A model generated the notes under the pieces. That model worked only from the letters and a program-made list of their open reading frames with translations, had not been told where the DNA came from and did no database searches. DNA of 64,000 nt from Piromyces finnis finn (taxonomy: Eukaryota; Fungi; Neocallimastigomycota), in assembly GCA_002104945.1 (NCBI GenBank), contig MCFH01000035.1:186001-250000 (forward strand). The letters run 5' to 3'. The position numbers and the translations under genes are program-made. Each line of letters opens with the position of its first letter. The stretch's first letter is position 1. Shown in pieces: positions 14,319-30,300 of the stretch.

Positions 14319-17300
14319 TGATGGGAAAATAGCAAAATCTTCATTATCATGATTATATTCATAATAGTTTTCTGATTTTGATGATAATGATTTTAATTTT
14401 TCAAAAACAACATCATCTTGAATTATTGTTTGTATTATTTCACTATTTATTGGTATAGGCATAATGTTATTAATTAAAATATTACCTATCATACTTTGAA
14501 CATTATAATACTCATGAGAATGATGGAAAAGTCTTAATACAAATAGTAATCCATCATTTTCTCTAAATTTTGATTGATTAGCAAGAATCTCAAATGAAAA
14601 TTTTTCTAAAAAGTATTGGACATCTTCAAGAAAAACCTCCGATTTTAAAATATCAATAATTAAATCATCTCTTATCTCAAAGAAATGTAAAGTTTTCATT
14701 AAAGTTCTAATGGTTGAATTATTATGACATGCTAAATGATTTATAACGTTTGCAAAATGATAATTTAGTTGAATTGAGAATGATAATGATTCTTTCATAT
14801 ATTTGTATAAATGAATCATATTATTAATGATATATTGTGATTTTTCTTGTTGAAGGAATGGATTATTATCAAAGTAAATTAATACATTGACTATAATACG
14901 ACTTTGCATGTCATCATCCTCAGATAAAGCACCTTTTTTTGATTCAGTTACTGAATTACTTCTAGATAAATCATAAATCATCATTTTTTGTATTATAGAA
15001 TCAATAACATTAATTATGTGATACATACTATTATCATTATAATTTTGCATATTTTGCAAAAAGATATATGTCCATTCAATCCATGGATATTCCCATAATT
15101 TCTCCATGTTATCTTTTGACAATAACTTTTCAATATCATTTAATACTTGAATAACTAAATCACCATTCTCCACATTTTCTAATAATTCAATAATAAGATA
15201 TATCATTCTTGGATAAATTAAAACATCTATATCAACACCTTGTTCAATGTTTAAACTTTCGTCACTTTTATTTCTTTTATGTTTATTTTTCTTTGAGGAT
15301 GAAATATCTTCTAAAATGCTTGAGGTTAATTCCATTGAATATTGATTTAATGCCATACTAATTAAAACCTCGGCTAATTCTGGTGTAATTGGATAAGGTA
15401 ATAAATAATATTTAATTACATCATAACCAACAATTTTATCAAGTAATTCTTCACTGTGTTCAATATTTGTTTTCATTAAAATACCAATCATTTTTAAGAT
15501 AAGAATTCTAAAGCGTTCATTTTGACAATCTAATAGTGGAATTAAAAGTGATATACCACCAATTTCACGAAGTTGCTCTACAGATTGTTTGCTATTAGAA
15601 ATATGTCTATAGAGTAATTCTAATATATCACATTTAAATTCAATGTTTTGTTCCCTTTGTGAAGATATATAAAGACATGATTTTTCCAATTCTTTTATTG
15701 TAAAGTCTTTCATCATGACATCTAAAATTCTTAATATAAATGGATGTGAACGTGATTGTAAAAATGAAGCAAATTCAAAAATAACATCTATACCGATATG
15801 CTCACGCCAAGTTTTCATATTTTCTGGAACATCAACTAATATAAATGTAATTAATCTTAATACTGCAATTTGAATATGATTTGGTGAAATGATTAAAAGA
15901 TCATTAATGACATTTAAGCAATCAATAATTGTTATAACTAATTGATTATTTTTAATAATATCGTCGCTCATTATATCAAATAAAACATCAAATATTTCAG
16001 CGGAAATGTTTTCAATATTCTTTTGAAGTAAATATCCTAATACATGAAAACCATTAGCTTTTCTAAATCTTTCTACATTTTCTGGGCATTTATAGAGTAA
16101 AGATGATATAATTTTTAAACTTGTTAACTGATATTCCCCTTTATATTCCAAGAATGGTAAACACAATTGAATGTCACCTACTTTATCAATAATATCTTTA
16201 ATGGAAATAACAATATGAGAAGTACATCCACCTTCACAAGAACCATAAATTTTTGGTTCTAAATCATTTATTTCTTTTTCCATTTTTTCGTAAATACATT
16301 TTATAGTTGTAGTATTTTCCTTTTCTTCATTTTCATTATTTTCTGTTTTTTCAGATTGATTCTCTATATCTTTTTCTTCATTATTTTTATTATCATCATT
16401 GATACTATTAATTTGATTATTTTGATTATTTATAGTATTTGTTATAACCTTAATACTATCACTAATTTCTCCGTTATTACTAGTATTATTTTTCTTTTCT
16501 TTGTTTTTTAAAGTTATTGAATTTAATAATTTGTTATATGTATCTAAACTAAAACCATATTTTGTTTCTTTGAGATATAAGTGAGGATAAATGGTTATAA
16601 GTTCTCTTGTTGGTAGTTTTAAGTCTTTATAAGAATAGGCGGGTCCTTTATTATAAATCATTTCACATGTAGCTTCATTCCATATTCCTTCAGCAAAATG
16701 AACTGTTCCAATCAAACCACAGAAATATCCTTTAGAACTATTATTGCCATTATTTTGAATATCACTTTTTTTACCAATAATTACATCGAAATCTTTATCA
16801 CTATTTGTAAATTTTTGGAAATTTGATGTTTCATATGTTTGAATTAAATCACCATCAACATATAATACGGATGTTTTACCATCATATGTAAACATAATGT
16901 AATGCCATACACCTATTTCTGAAAAATCAAATCCATCAAACACAAAGTCTTCAGGTGGTAAAGGCCAATGTTGTATACGCATACACAAACAATAATGACC
17001 TGAATTACTGAAAGATTTAAAGAAAACTTCAAGAGGAATACCTAGTTTTTGTTGATTTTCGAAGTAAATTAATCCGATTTCGTTATCAATAAAAGCACGA
17101 ATATTAATCCAACAACTGAATGTATAACCTTGGTTTAAAATTATACTATCATTAAAGGTGTTAATTCTAAAGTATCCATCAATTCCATCAAAATTAAAGA
17201 AACAGAATGGATTGGCTTTTTCGGATAGTTTTTCAATTGTATATAACATATTTAATTGAATTTTGGATAGATCATCATTTATTTCATCTTCATTCATAAC

Positions 17301-18920
17301 ACTGTTACTTATATTACTATCAAAATTTTGACTAACATCTATTATTATACCATCTTGATCGAAAAAGTCATTTCTTATATTACCACCATTTTCTTCAAAT
17401 AAATTATTTACATTTTCTATTTTATTTACTTGATTGAAATTATTATCTAAGTTATCTATATTTACTGTTTCATTATATGCTTCGTTAAGAGACAATATAT
17501 CAATTTCTTCGTATTCTTGCGATTTATTTTCGTCTTTTTGTAATGCTTTAAAATCTTTTTCCATTGATTGAATTATCTCAATTGGATTATAGGCTACTTG
17601 GAATAATAGTTTTACTATATCTGGTGTAATACTGTAAGTACCCAAAACATTTACTAATTCAATATAAGCAGGAGAGCCACTTCTATATTCCATATCCATC
17701 AAAGATTGAGTATAACTTTCATTAATTTCATCATCTGTTAATCGAGTAACAACTCCCATTTCGACACCTTTTCTTCTTTGATTTTCTTTCATCATTGATT
17801 TATGAAGATATATATTACAAATATTTAATACTTGTGAACTAGATAGAATTAATTCTATGATAAATTTAATTGCATTGTTTTGACACATAAGTTCTTTATT
17901 TTTTGGATTAATATCTAATAATAACAGTAATACATTGAAATAATCATGTTGTGTTTCAAAATCATCATTATCAGACAATATGGCTAAGAGTTTCAATGAA
18001 ATTTTTGAAGTAATAACATCTCTAAATGTTATATTAACAACTTTTTTAATTATTTTTTTATTATAATAATTTAACATACTTTCATTTCCAAAGTTCACAC
18101 CTGCATAATTCTTTATACTACTTCTTCTTCTATAGAGTTGATTCAACTTTTGAATCTTTTTAACATGAACTGGTTTTGGATCTGTATTAATATTCTGATA
18201 ATCTTCAATAGTATTTTGTGAAGTATTATTTAATATTAGACTTGGACTTGGCATTGGTTTTAAAGAATAATCAAGTTGAAGTGAACCCTTTTTATATATA
18301 TTATTCTTTTGATTTTCTAATGAGGAATTTCCCACCTTTAAATGTTTAATATCATCTGTCACTGAGTCAATAATATTACTTATTCTTGGAGAATTATCTA
18401 TTTGATAATCTTCGATATCACCAACACTATTAATATAACTTTCTGTATCACTAGTTTGACTATAAAAAGTAATAAAAAAATTAGATAATTGTTATTATGT
18501 ACTATAATATTAATAATATTTATAATATTTATGCTTACTAGGTCATTGGTATAAAATCAGGGAATAGTAGTCTAAAAAAAATAATAAAGATAGAAATTTA
18601 AATTAAAATTAGAGAAAATAATTATAAAGTCGACTTTTGTTTATTATTGTTTAATAATTAAATGAATTGTGAACATACGTTGGATACATTATTTCTTCAA
18701 TTAATGAATTAACGGAATATGATATAATAAAACGTTCACAGTTCTGATTAAATAAACCTGTATCATCATATTGAGATGTAATTTGATTTGGGGCTAAGTT
18801 GCTATCGTTAGTTATTCTTGAGTTTAATAACTCATTTAATACATCAATTATTCCTCCAGTCGTACATAATTCCAATATAATACCATAACAAGTTCTTTAT
18901 ATAAAATGAAAATAAAAGTG

Positions 18921-18951
<31 letters not shown>

Positions 18952-21900
18952 TTAAAATAACAATCCTAACAACGCCAACAAATTGTGTGATTTAGATAAT
19001 TAGTTTTAGTTACCTATCTAGAGGAATATCAGAATTTAACAAATTATTTATAAATCTATCATAACCATATTCATTAGCTAATTATTTATGAATAATAAAA
19101 AAAAAATTAATATATAAAATAAAAAACTATATATATTATTTTAATAATAACATTAAGATTTACCAATATATTCTTTAATATATAAACTATTTTTGATCAT
19201 ATCTCCAACAGTTATAACAGCTGTGCTTGCAATTTCATCATATGATACAGTTAAAATATTTAACAATATTGTTGTACCTCCCTTTTCTGAAAATAATTTT
19301 CTTGATTCATTAAATATATCATTTTTTCTAAAGATGGATGATGTAACTTGAAGAATCTTTATATATAATTTTGTTTTATAAACCTCATTACATTTATCCT
19401 GTATTTTTCTGAAATATGAATGTGATTCGTTTTTTTTATTAATTGGTATACTAATATCTTTTTTCATTTCTTCATATATATATTCTAGTAATTTTACAAT
19501 TAGCTAAATTTAAGTTATAAGAATTTTTTTATATAATTAGATTTTGATAATATGACAATATATTATTTATAACCCAAATAAAGGCTAATTAATATATCTA
19601 CTTACATTCATATTTTTTAAGCCATCTTCATTATAAATTAAATATTCTCTTATGAGCCATAATGAAAAATCTGTTAATTCTATTTTTAAATTGTTTTCTA
19701 TGTCACATATGAATTGTATACGAGATTCATTTTGTGATTGAATTCCCAATTCATCTGAATCTACTAATTTTGGTGGATTTAAAAGAATTGAATATAAAAT
19801 TTCGAATCCATTATTTTGGGAAAATAATTTTATATTTCTTTCATTAACTTTTAAATGTATATAATAATGAAGTTTAATATTACAAATCCGGGTTAATATT
19901 ATGTATTATAATTATTGTAATACCTTCTATTATTAGACCTATGATTTGTAAGAATAGTTTATATCTTTCTGATAAAATATTATATTCACTAATATCAAAA
20001 AAATCTATTTCCAATGGAATAAGAGTATCTTTTAATAATTTTAAATAATGTTTCAATACTTTAGGCATTCCTTTTATTTTTCTCGAATTAAAATCCTACA
20101 AAAAAAAAAAAAACAAAAATATTGAAAAGTATAAGAATTATTAATATTATTTATTATATTATGGTTTGTTATAAAATTATATATAAAACTTTAAAAATTA
20201 ATTAATGATCTACAATTAACACTCGCGATATCGAACACAATATTATATTTATTGTATAGTTAGGAACTCCCATTTTTACATTTTTTAGTATTTCAATATA
20301 TTCCTATAAAATTTATATATATAACAAATATTATAGTCAGTAAAATAATATTTTTTTAGTCATTTTTATTTTTGTTTTTACTATTTCATTATATACTTAC
20401 AACTATTAGTTCTTTATCATAATTTGTTAACATTATTATTAGATAATCAATTAATTGTACCATTCTCCATATATATTGATAAATATCTGATGATAAATAT
20501 TCAGATGGAGGTTTTAATAACTTCTGATTCAGTATTATACTAAATTTTTTATTGTATTTAGAAGTTGATTTTGATTTTCCAACTGATGATGTTGATCTTT
20601 TTCGTGAATGAGAGTTAGGAAATGGTTTTATATTCTATTAATATATATGTTGGATTTAATACATAATTTTATTAACAATATTTAAGAATTATATTTTTGA
20701 AAAAATAAATATACTAAATTAAATTATACCAATATTTTTTTCATGTCTTCAAAACCTAATTGATCTTTTGTTAATGTTAATGATTTTGATAAGACATTCA
20801 TCATTTGCTTAAAACCAATTTTATAAATTATTACAGCATTCTGTGGGTTTAATATTATTATATTCTATTTTATAATGTAATAATATTATATTTATTTAGA
20901 AAAAAAAATAGAAATTATTTGACAAATATTATTTGTTATTTATTTTAAATATGATTATTTATATATATAATAACATTATATAGTTAATAATATATATTTA
21001 TATTAATTTTACTTCAATACAATAAAGTGCGTTATGTCTCAAACAAAGATAACTTGAACTAGTTGCAAAATCAAATAATAATTTCATCACATCCTTATTG
21101 GTAATTTCCATATTAGAATTTCCATCAAAAACAAGAGACAATAATATTGTGAAGAAATTCTTTATTTATATTTATGAGTATTAATAGATATTGTGAAATA
21201 TTAAGTTATTATTCATTAATTTCATATTAAATAAATACCTCTAAAAATTTACAACATTTTTTGTTGTCTTTTAAATTACAATTGTTGAAATACTTTTTAA
21301 TAAATTCAAACCCTTCTAGCTTTTTGAATTCAATATTATTGGGTGAATTTTTATATATAAGTTGACTTAATACGTAAATAATATTCTCAACATCTTCATT
21401 AATTTCTTCATTAAAATTCTCTAAAAGTGATACAAATGATTTTAATACATTTTGTTCTCTCATTAAGTTTTTAAGTGTATCTGATAATGATTCATTTTGT
21501 TTGTTATCTTTCAAAAAAATCCGGAAAGTTTTAGATAGATTTGAATCTGATGAAGATGGTGAACTCTTATCCTTTTTTTTCTGTCTTGGATCATTATTAT
21601 TATATCTTTTTAACATAACATCTATTTCTTTTTGATGTAATACATCCGTTCTTTAAAGTATAAATAAAAATATTAATTATCAATATTTATTTAAAAACTA
21701 TCTCAAATTTTATTACTTTATAAAGTATTATTTAATGTACCTCTTTTTCATGGTTTCATTATGATTTCTAGATTTATTATCTGTAAGTATAGTTATAACT
21801 TTACCAAACTCATTTTTAAGTTTTGATCCTATACTTTTTACTCCGTTAGCTTTTTAAATAATATATATATTATTATATATTAATAATTTAAAATCTTTAT

Positions 21901-23190
21901 AAAATAAACTACGTTATTTAGTTATATTTTAAAAATATTAAATGAATATATACTTGATTCATTTTCATATGGATAAATAGAATCAGTCTATTAAATACAT
22001 TGATAAATAAGAACTTAGTAAATTACTCAATTATTTATGATATTAAACAATAAAAATACTTTTCTTAAATACTATTATTACATATGCAATATTTCCTAAT
22101 ATATGCTTATATGTTAATATAACTTCATGTTCTAGAAGTGGATCATTAAGTTTTAGTAAATTCTCTATTTTCTTAAATCCTCTTAAATGACCTTTTTTAT
22201 ATATTATATATTTATATGTATGAAAATAATATTAAGTTATAATATATTTTTATCATTAAACATTTTTTAAAAATATTTATTTTACCTATTTCAACAGCTG
22301 TATTTACATTGTCACAAAGTGTACATATTATTTCAAGTAATATTTTCTTTCCAGCAGTATTTTTTATTTTATCTATCAATGATAATATAGAATCTAATAA
22401 ATCTGAACTATCGGTTATAATTTGTCGATATTTTTTATCCTATTTGTAAATATTTATATATATTATAATAAGTTTACTATTAATTATTCAATTAAAATAT
22501 ATTTTGTTTATAAAAATGAAATTATAAAGAAAGAAAAAAAAAAGGATTTTATTAATTTTTAAATTTACTTTTAATAATATATCAACAACTTGTAAAGAAT
22601 CGTTGATTATATTTTCGTATTCTAATACATTAGTTCCACTGTAAAATAATAAAATTTAATTATAAAGAGATTAATTATATATATTATATAAATATATCAT
22701 AAATTAATTTTTTAATTAATAAATATAAAAATTTGTAAAGAATATTTTAGTTTTTAAAATATTATATATATAATAATTGTGACAACAATAATAATTATAC
22801 TTAATAGATGAAATATAAAAGAAATTTTTACTTTATTATAAAATCTAGTAAATCCAATAATATATTTGTACATTCTCCAAAAATTGAATCAAATGAACAT
22901 TCTTTTTCATTGTCAATTGGGTTGGTATCAATCCATTCATTATATGAATTTTTAACTGATATTAAAAATATACCTAATTTTTCTTTAATTTCGGATATAT
23001 TTCTATTAATATACATAGTATGAATATAAAAAAAAAATAAAAATTAATTTTATTTTTGTTATATTTTTTTTAAAAAAGTTATAAATTATAAAACTTACTT
23101 TGAATTTTTAACTTCGACATAATCTTGATATAACTTTTGTGTTTGTTTATATGCTTTATATGAGGCCCATTTATTTTTTAATGTATTCAT
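13869..23190 (-). CDS. Large neurobeachin/LRBA/WDFY3-like alpha-solenoid protein with a ConA/LamG-like domain; no PH-BEACH-WD40 seen; multi-exon
   Basis: ATG at 23190 (MNTLKNKWASYKAY...). Many short GT-AG exons lie in 23190-18540 (e.g. 23190-23099, 23002-22832), then a ~4.6-kb last exon (18459-13869). ARM-like segments: NIEFKKLEGFEFI, SRKLFSEKGGTTILLNIL, NVERFRKANGFHVLGYLLQK. ConA-like segment: FFNFDGIDGY..GYTFSCWI..WHYIMFTYDG..LYVDG..FCGLIG. Internal exon limits are only partly traced. Confidence 0.72.
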
Positions 23191-25151
23191 TATTTATTTT
23201 CCCCCCTTTATATTTAATAATTTTAAATGTTTTATTATTGCTATTATCATTCAAAACTTTTATTTTTATAATATTTTATAAAAATATGTTAATTTTTTAT
23301 ATAAATATTATTTAAAAAAATATATATGTATATATTTTTTTCATTTATTTATATTATTAATTCCATATATTTTATGATTTTTCTTTTTTGTCCTTTCTTT
23401 CTTTTTAATTTATTAATTATTAAACTTATTTTGTATTAATATTTTAATTTAATTATATTTATATTTAAAATATGTATATCTTTCAAATAACTTATTTTTT
23501 TGACAATATTTCCTTGAAATAAATAATATGATTACTTTTTTTTAAAAAAATAAATGTTGCAATTATTTTTAAAATATTTTTTGATAAAAATAGTACTTCA
23601 AACTTGTAGCAACAAAAAAGTATCTCAATAATTATAACATTTTATATTTAACATAAATATAGTACTGAAAATAATATTATATGTATTGCATATACTTTAT
23701 TCGAAATTAAAAACCATCTACATACATATAATATTAATAGATTATGTAATTCATTATTATTTTAAATAATTACCTCTTAATATTTTAATGATTAATTTTG
23801 AAATTTTAATTATTAATTTGATTTAAACAATGAACATTACTTTCTTAAAGAAAAAAATCCCAAAAATTTAACTGAAGAAAATTTTAAGAAAATTCTATAT
23901 ATTATAATATATAGAATCATATATATAATATATACTTTTTTAATCTAATTTTTATTATTAAATCAAACTAATTATTTTTTAATAAATAATAAGATTTTTT
24001 ATTTATATACAAAGTTCATGTGTAATATATATAAAAATATTTTACACATATAAATGTTTACTGTTAGAAAAATCCTTTTTTTTTTTTAGTATTTTCATAT
24101 TCAAATTATTATTTTATGATGATGGTTCACATTAATATTAATAAGAATAAAGTCTTAAATAATACTTTAAGTAATTGAAAAATATTAATTAGGTTAATAA
24201 CTTATAATTTAATGTTAATGTAATTTTAAAGCTAACTTAATAAAGAAGTAATTTTATGTATTTTAATTGAAGTTTGCAACTACTTATAAGCCAATATAAA
24301 AAAAAATAAAACTATTGAATATTTTCTTATTATTACAAGTATTACAAGGTTTTTTTTTATTTTCGAACTTATGTAAAACTTTTATTTTTATTTGAGATTT
24401 TTAAAAACAATTATTCAGTTTTTTTATTTTTTATGAACATATTTATCACATTAATAAATATTGATGGTATACATTTTTAAATATTCAAAGAAATATTTGT
24501 TAAATATAAATTTTATATAATTCACATAAAACCTCTATTAATTGATATTAATTAAAATAAATAGTAAGAATTCTATGAAAGAGCTCTATGTTTTCTCTGC
24601 TATTTGTAATATTTAAAATAATTTTTAATTTTCTTTATTTGTTAGGTATTAAGTATCAATGTTTAAAATAATTGTAGAATAATTTTTTTTTTAAAAAAAA
24701 AAGGAATAATTTGTCCACTTTCATAAATTAATTTTTTTACTTAGCATATCAAAATAATTTGAGATATAGAAAAATTTTCTAATTATTACTCTTTTATTGT
24801 AAGATTTTTAATTAATTATTTTAATTTAATTTTGAGGTTTTATTTTTAATTAGTATTAAAAATATACCTAAAACAGTAGAATACACAATAATAGAGAAAA
24901 AAAATCATTTAATTTTATATAATCTATATTGAACATTTTAAATAACATGTCAAGTAATTATTATACTTTTACTTTTTTTTTCTTATTAAACATTAATTTT
25001 TTTAAAATTTTAATTATGTTCACAGAATTATCATTATTATTACTATTTATTATTATTTTTTACTTTCATATTGTTTTTATTGTAATACTGATAATATTAT
25101 AGTATTTAAGCAAATGGAAATTAATAAAAATTGCGATTTATTAAATTCATA

Positions 25152-26701
25152 ATGTATATAGATTCAAATTTTAATTACGAATATAATAACCAAGATGGAT
25201 TTTCATCTTCAATGGATACCTCCAATAATGCAAGAAAGGTAATATATTTATTATCATTCTAATAATTATAACAATAAATATTACACTATTTTATTTGCAT
25301 TTTATTTTAATATAAGTAATTGAATTTAGTAATAAAAATAGTTAAAATTTAATTAAAAATGTAATTCTAAATTTAATTACATTTTATATTTGAAAAGTAA
25401 AGTTCATTATTTGTATACGAATAAATCTAAAGGAAAAAACGAAAAAATAATAATTTTAATAATTTAAATTTAGGATCTTTCAAATCAAAATTTAAGACCA
25501 ATTACAATTAAGCAAATTTATAATGCTGAAAGACCAGTTCCAGACGGATCATTTAAAATAAATGGAAAAGATCTTGACCATGTATGTATTTTTAGTAAAA
25601 GAGATATTATAATTAGTATAATTGTTTTTACAATATTTTTAAAATTTTGTTGAAATTATTTAAATATAAAAAAGATTTCTATAATTGGAAAAATTCAAAA
25701 TGTTCAATCCTTATCAACAAATACAATTTACACAATTGAAGATGGTACTGGCTCAATCGATGTAAGAATCTGGATTGATACTAATGATAATGAAGCTCAA
25801 AAACGTTCTTTATGGAGGTACATCAATAATTACATTATAATAAATACAATTTAAATAAATTTTTAATCAATAATAAATTCAAAATGATGTAATTAATAAA
25901 TATAAACAGTGAAGGCGCTTATGTTAGAGTTATTGGTTCAGCAAGAGTATATCATGAAAAAAGAAGTGTTATGGCATTTCATATTCATTTAATTGAAGAT
26001 TTTAATGAAGTTACAGCCCATTTCCTTGAAGTCATTAAGATTAATTTAGAAGAAAGAAGAAATAATGTAAATTATTAATAAATTATATAATATGTTTTAA
26101 AAAACTACATACATTTTTATTTTTATTTTCTAAAATGTAAATATTATAAAATTATAATTTTAAAGGACTCTTTTAGAAATGCTGATAAAAATTTACCATC
26201 ATTTGATAATTCTAATTATGCACCACAAAACTATAACGATAATAATAACAACAATATGGAATCAATAAGTGGTTATTCCCCATGTCAACAAGCTATTATT
26301 AATTTATTTAAGACTCAAAAATTAGGCGAAGAAGGAATGCATATTGATACTATTGTATCTATGCTTCGTAGTAGATTTGATGAAGATGAAATTAAGTAAG
26401 TATAACTTGACCAAAGATTAATCAAAGAATAATTTGTTAAAATATATATATATGTTTCATAAAAACAAAAAGGTAGATAAATAAATTATTTATAACAAAT
26501 AAATTATATTATTACTAATAATCAATAGGGGATCAATTGAATGGCTTGTTTCCGAATGTCATTTATATAACACTACCGTTGATGAATCCCATGTTAATGT
26601 AATGTATTCACATTATATATTTTTGTCTATTCTTATATGTTATATTTAATTAACTTATTAATTTCCCCTTATATATTTTAATATAGATTGTTGGATTTTA
26701 A
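25152..26701 (+). CDS. RPA2: Replication protein A 32-kDa subunit (RPA2/Rfa2), 7 exons
   Basis: Absent from the ORF track because the exons are short: 25152-25238, 25474-25581, 25675-25817, 25910-26066, 26166-26395, 26529-26598, 26687-26701. Translation gives LRPITIKQI, ISIIGKI..YTIEDGTGSIDVRIWID, YVRVIG..FHIHLIEDFNEVTAHFLEVI (OB fold) and a C-terminal winged helix (GMHIDTI..IEWLVSECHLYNTTVDE). Confidence 0.9.
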
Positions 26702-27159
26702 TGAAAATAATAAAAGATTTTATCTTTTTAATAGAAATATTAATTATAATGCTATAATTGAAGAAGTAATCATCATAACAATCATAACAAAAATACTAAA
26801 GCGAACAAGAAAATTAAATGAAAGTTTTACTAAACATATATGTAATAGTTTTATAAAATATTAATTCATATTCTATAATATTTATATCTTATTGTTAATA
26901 ATATCTCAAGATTATCCTTTAATATAAATTATCCTTGTTTTATATATTTAATTAATTAAATGCATTAATAAATAATTTAAAAAAATAAAAATAAAAAAAA
27001 AAGCAATATTTTTATGTCTATATTTTATTTTTATTGAAGTGTAGTATCAACTTTTTCAAAAATTAATTCAATAGATATATTATCATTATTAAGAAAAAGA
27101 TAATTTAAAACCAAATACATCAATATATAGATTAAAAAAAAATAACATAACCTTTTAAA

Positions 27160-27346
<187 letters not shown>

Positions 27347-30300
27347 GATATTATTTACATAAGACTATAATTTATATATATATATAATTATTCAACACTT
27401 CTCATTGTTATCCTTGAATAATTAAAATGTTTGTTTTATTTTCAATATTTTATATATTATATTTGAATAGCGAAATAATGATAATAATGTGATAAAATTT
27501 AAAAATAAAAAAAGATAAAAATGAATATGAGTTTTAAATATAAAAATATTAAAATTGAAAGAAATAATAATTAAAACATAGTAGTAGCAATGATTTTCTT
27601 GAATAAATATAGAATATATACAACATTATATATTTAATTATAAAAAACCCTTAAAATATATATTTTTGAATAAATATTTTTTTTTAACCTTTTCTTTTTT
27701 TTTTATTACAGAATTTCCTAAATTTTCTTTTTTTTTTATTATAAATCATATTTGATAAACTTTTCTTATGAAATATATATTATTTTTCGAATTAATTAAA
27801 AAAAAATATATATTTTAGATGATGAATATTCTATTCATTGCTAATATTCCTTTTTTTTTTTTTTTTTTTTTTTTAATTAAATAAACTTTCTACTAATTAT
27901 TTTATTATTATTCGAGGATAGCCACATCTTCTTTTAAACTTTCAAAATTTTAAAATTTCATTTATTATTCTTTTTTATTAATGATTATTATTGTATATTA
28001 AGCAAGTTTTAGTTTTTTAGTTAAATATAACTAGATCAAATCAAAATGTATGATGTAAGAATTATTCTATGCCTGTATAGTAGTAATTTCTCACTATTCA
28101 AATAGATTATTTTCTGTTGGACAATTGATAGATTTAATTATTTTAGTGTATAAAATATTAAAATGCTATCCCATTTTTAATATAAATTGTATTTGAATAT
28201 TACAAATTTAAATAAATAGTATAAAAAAAAATAAGTAGTATAAATTCAAACAAGATTGCCTTAGAATTTACAGATGCATTAATTAAAAAATATAGCTATT
28301 GATTGATTTTATGTTTTAATTTAAGCGAGTAAAATAAAAAAAAAATAAAAAATAACTTTATATACTTTTTTAAATTATTATTACTCATAATTTTAATTTA
28401 AAAAAAAAAAAAAAAAAAAATTAATCATGTATTTAATCAAATAATATGTATAAAAAAATGTATATGTATCATATATTATTAATATATATTATATATAAAC
28501 TATTAATTAATTTTTTTTTATACTATAAAGTTATACAATGAAGTAAAATCTTCTTTTATCAACCTCCAATACTGATTATTTCTATTTATTTTTATTTTAA
28601 TAATTATCTTTTTATTATTATAAATAACAGATTTCATAAAATTATTTATAAACAACTTTTTTTTTATTATAGAATGTTTAATAAAAAAAAGTATAATTTG
28701 ATGTGATAAGTACAATACTCCGAATACTAAATAATGATTGGAAAATAAAGTATTCATATTTAAATTACATATAAAATTTAATGCCACTCTTCGTCTTAGG
28801 TAGCTTCAAATACATTAAAAAAAATTACTGTTGATTAAATAATATATACAAAATATGTATTAATATAAGTTGGAATATTTAATTTAAAAAATTACCTTAT
28901 TTGTTGAATCTTTTCCATTTTATATAAAGTATATGTATATATTTTTTTAATTATACTTTTTATCTTTTTATTTAATCACCAAATGTACAGTTTCATGTTT
29001 ACATCATATTAAAGAAAAACATGCTTATATTAAAAAATTAACATGAAAGTAATAAAGGGGTATCTATTTTGATTTTCATAATTATAGATTTAATTTAAAT
29101 TATATATTTTGATTTTTAAACACAACATACTGAAATACTGAAATACAATTTTTAATTGTATTTTATATTGAATTTTTTACACTAAAGTCTTTTTATCATT
29201 AACAAATAGTGTATTACATATGCATTACATATGGTTATTTTATAAAAAAAGTAAATAATAGAGTATTGTATTTATCTACTTTATAAAAAAAATTTCAATA
29301 TTATATAAATATAAATATCAAATAAATCTTAACAAATATAAAGATTAATAAACTTATTTGTTTCCAATCTGTATTTTAATATAATTTACTGGAGACATTT
29401 ATAAATTAAATATTAAAAATGCCATGCCACTGGTTTTAAAAATTATATATTTCCTATATAATCAAATATATAAAATAATATGTTTTTATTATTATTGATT
29501 AAATAGTAAATATTTTAATTATTATAATTATTATTATTATAAAAATAATTTGAATATTTTTATTTTTTAAAATATTACCTAAAATAAAAATAATTCAATT
29601 AATTTATAAAACGTTTTTTTTTTAATACTAATCATATTTCTTTTCTCCTTAAAAATAAAAAAATTTTTTTTAGTGTATTTTATGATTCTATTTAGATTCT
29701 ATTTAGTCGTCATTTAATGTGCTATATTATATTAGCTTTTCATTTTTATAGGATGAATATTCCTTAGATGGTAAAATTTTAATATATATAATACTAATAA
29801 CTCAATTTTTAATAAATAATTTAAAATGGAAAATTTATAATACAATATATTATTAGCTAATATTTCATTTAATAAGGAATCCAATTTATAATTGATAGAA
29901 GGCCATACGATTGGTTATAAATTAAAATGAAATACACATTTTCAAGATTAATATATAAAAAGTTAATATATTGTAATTAGTTAAATATAAAAAATGTAAA
30001 CGATTATTTTATTCCATATGTAATAGTATTTTGTTTCCAATAATTAATTATTATATAATTCTTGGTAAGAAATGTATTAATATTGTATTTCTTATTAATT
30101 AATAATATTTAACTAATGTTACAGATAATAAAACAATAATTGAATGATTATCCTTTCTATACTATTTCCTCATTTTTTTAAAATATTAGCAAAATATTAG
30201 TATAGTAATCAATAATTTTTTATAATTTTATTTTATATTTAACTTATTTTTTAACATATCATACTAAAACTTTGAAAGAATGTATACATATTTTTATAAG

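Noticed and set aside
28518-28787. 89-aa minus-strand ORF in the gene-free interval
   Set aside because: I/K/N/F-rich, TTG-type start, composition like the background, no motifs.
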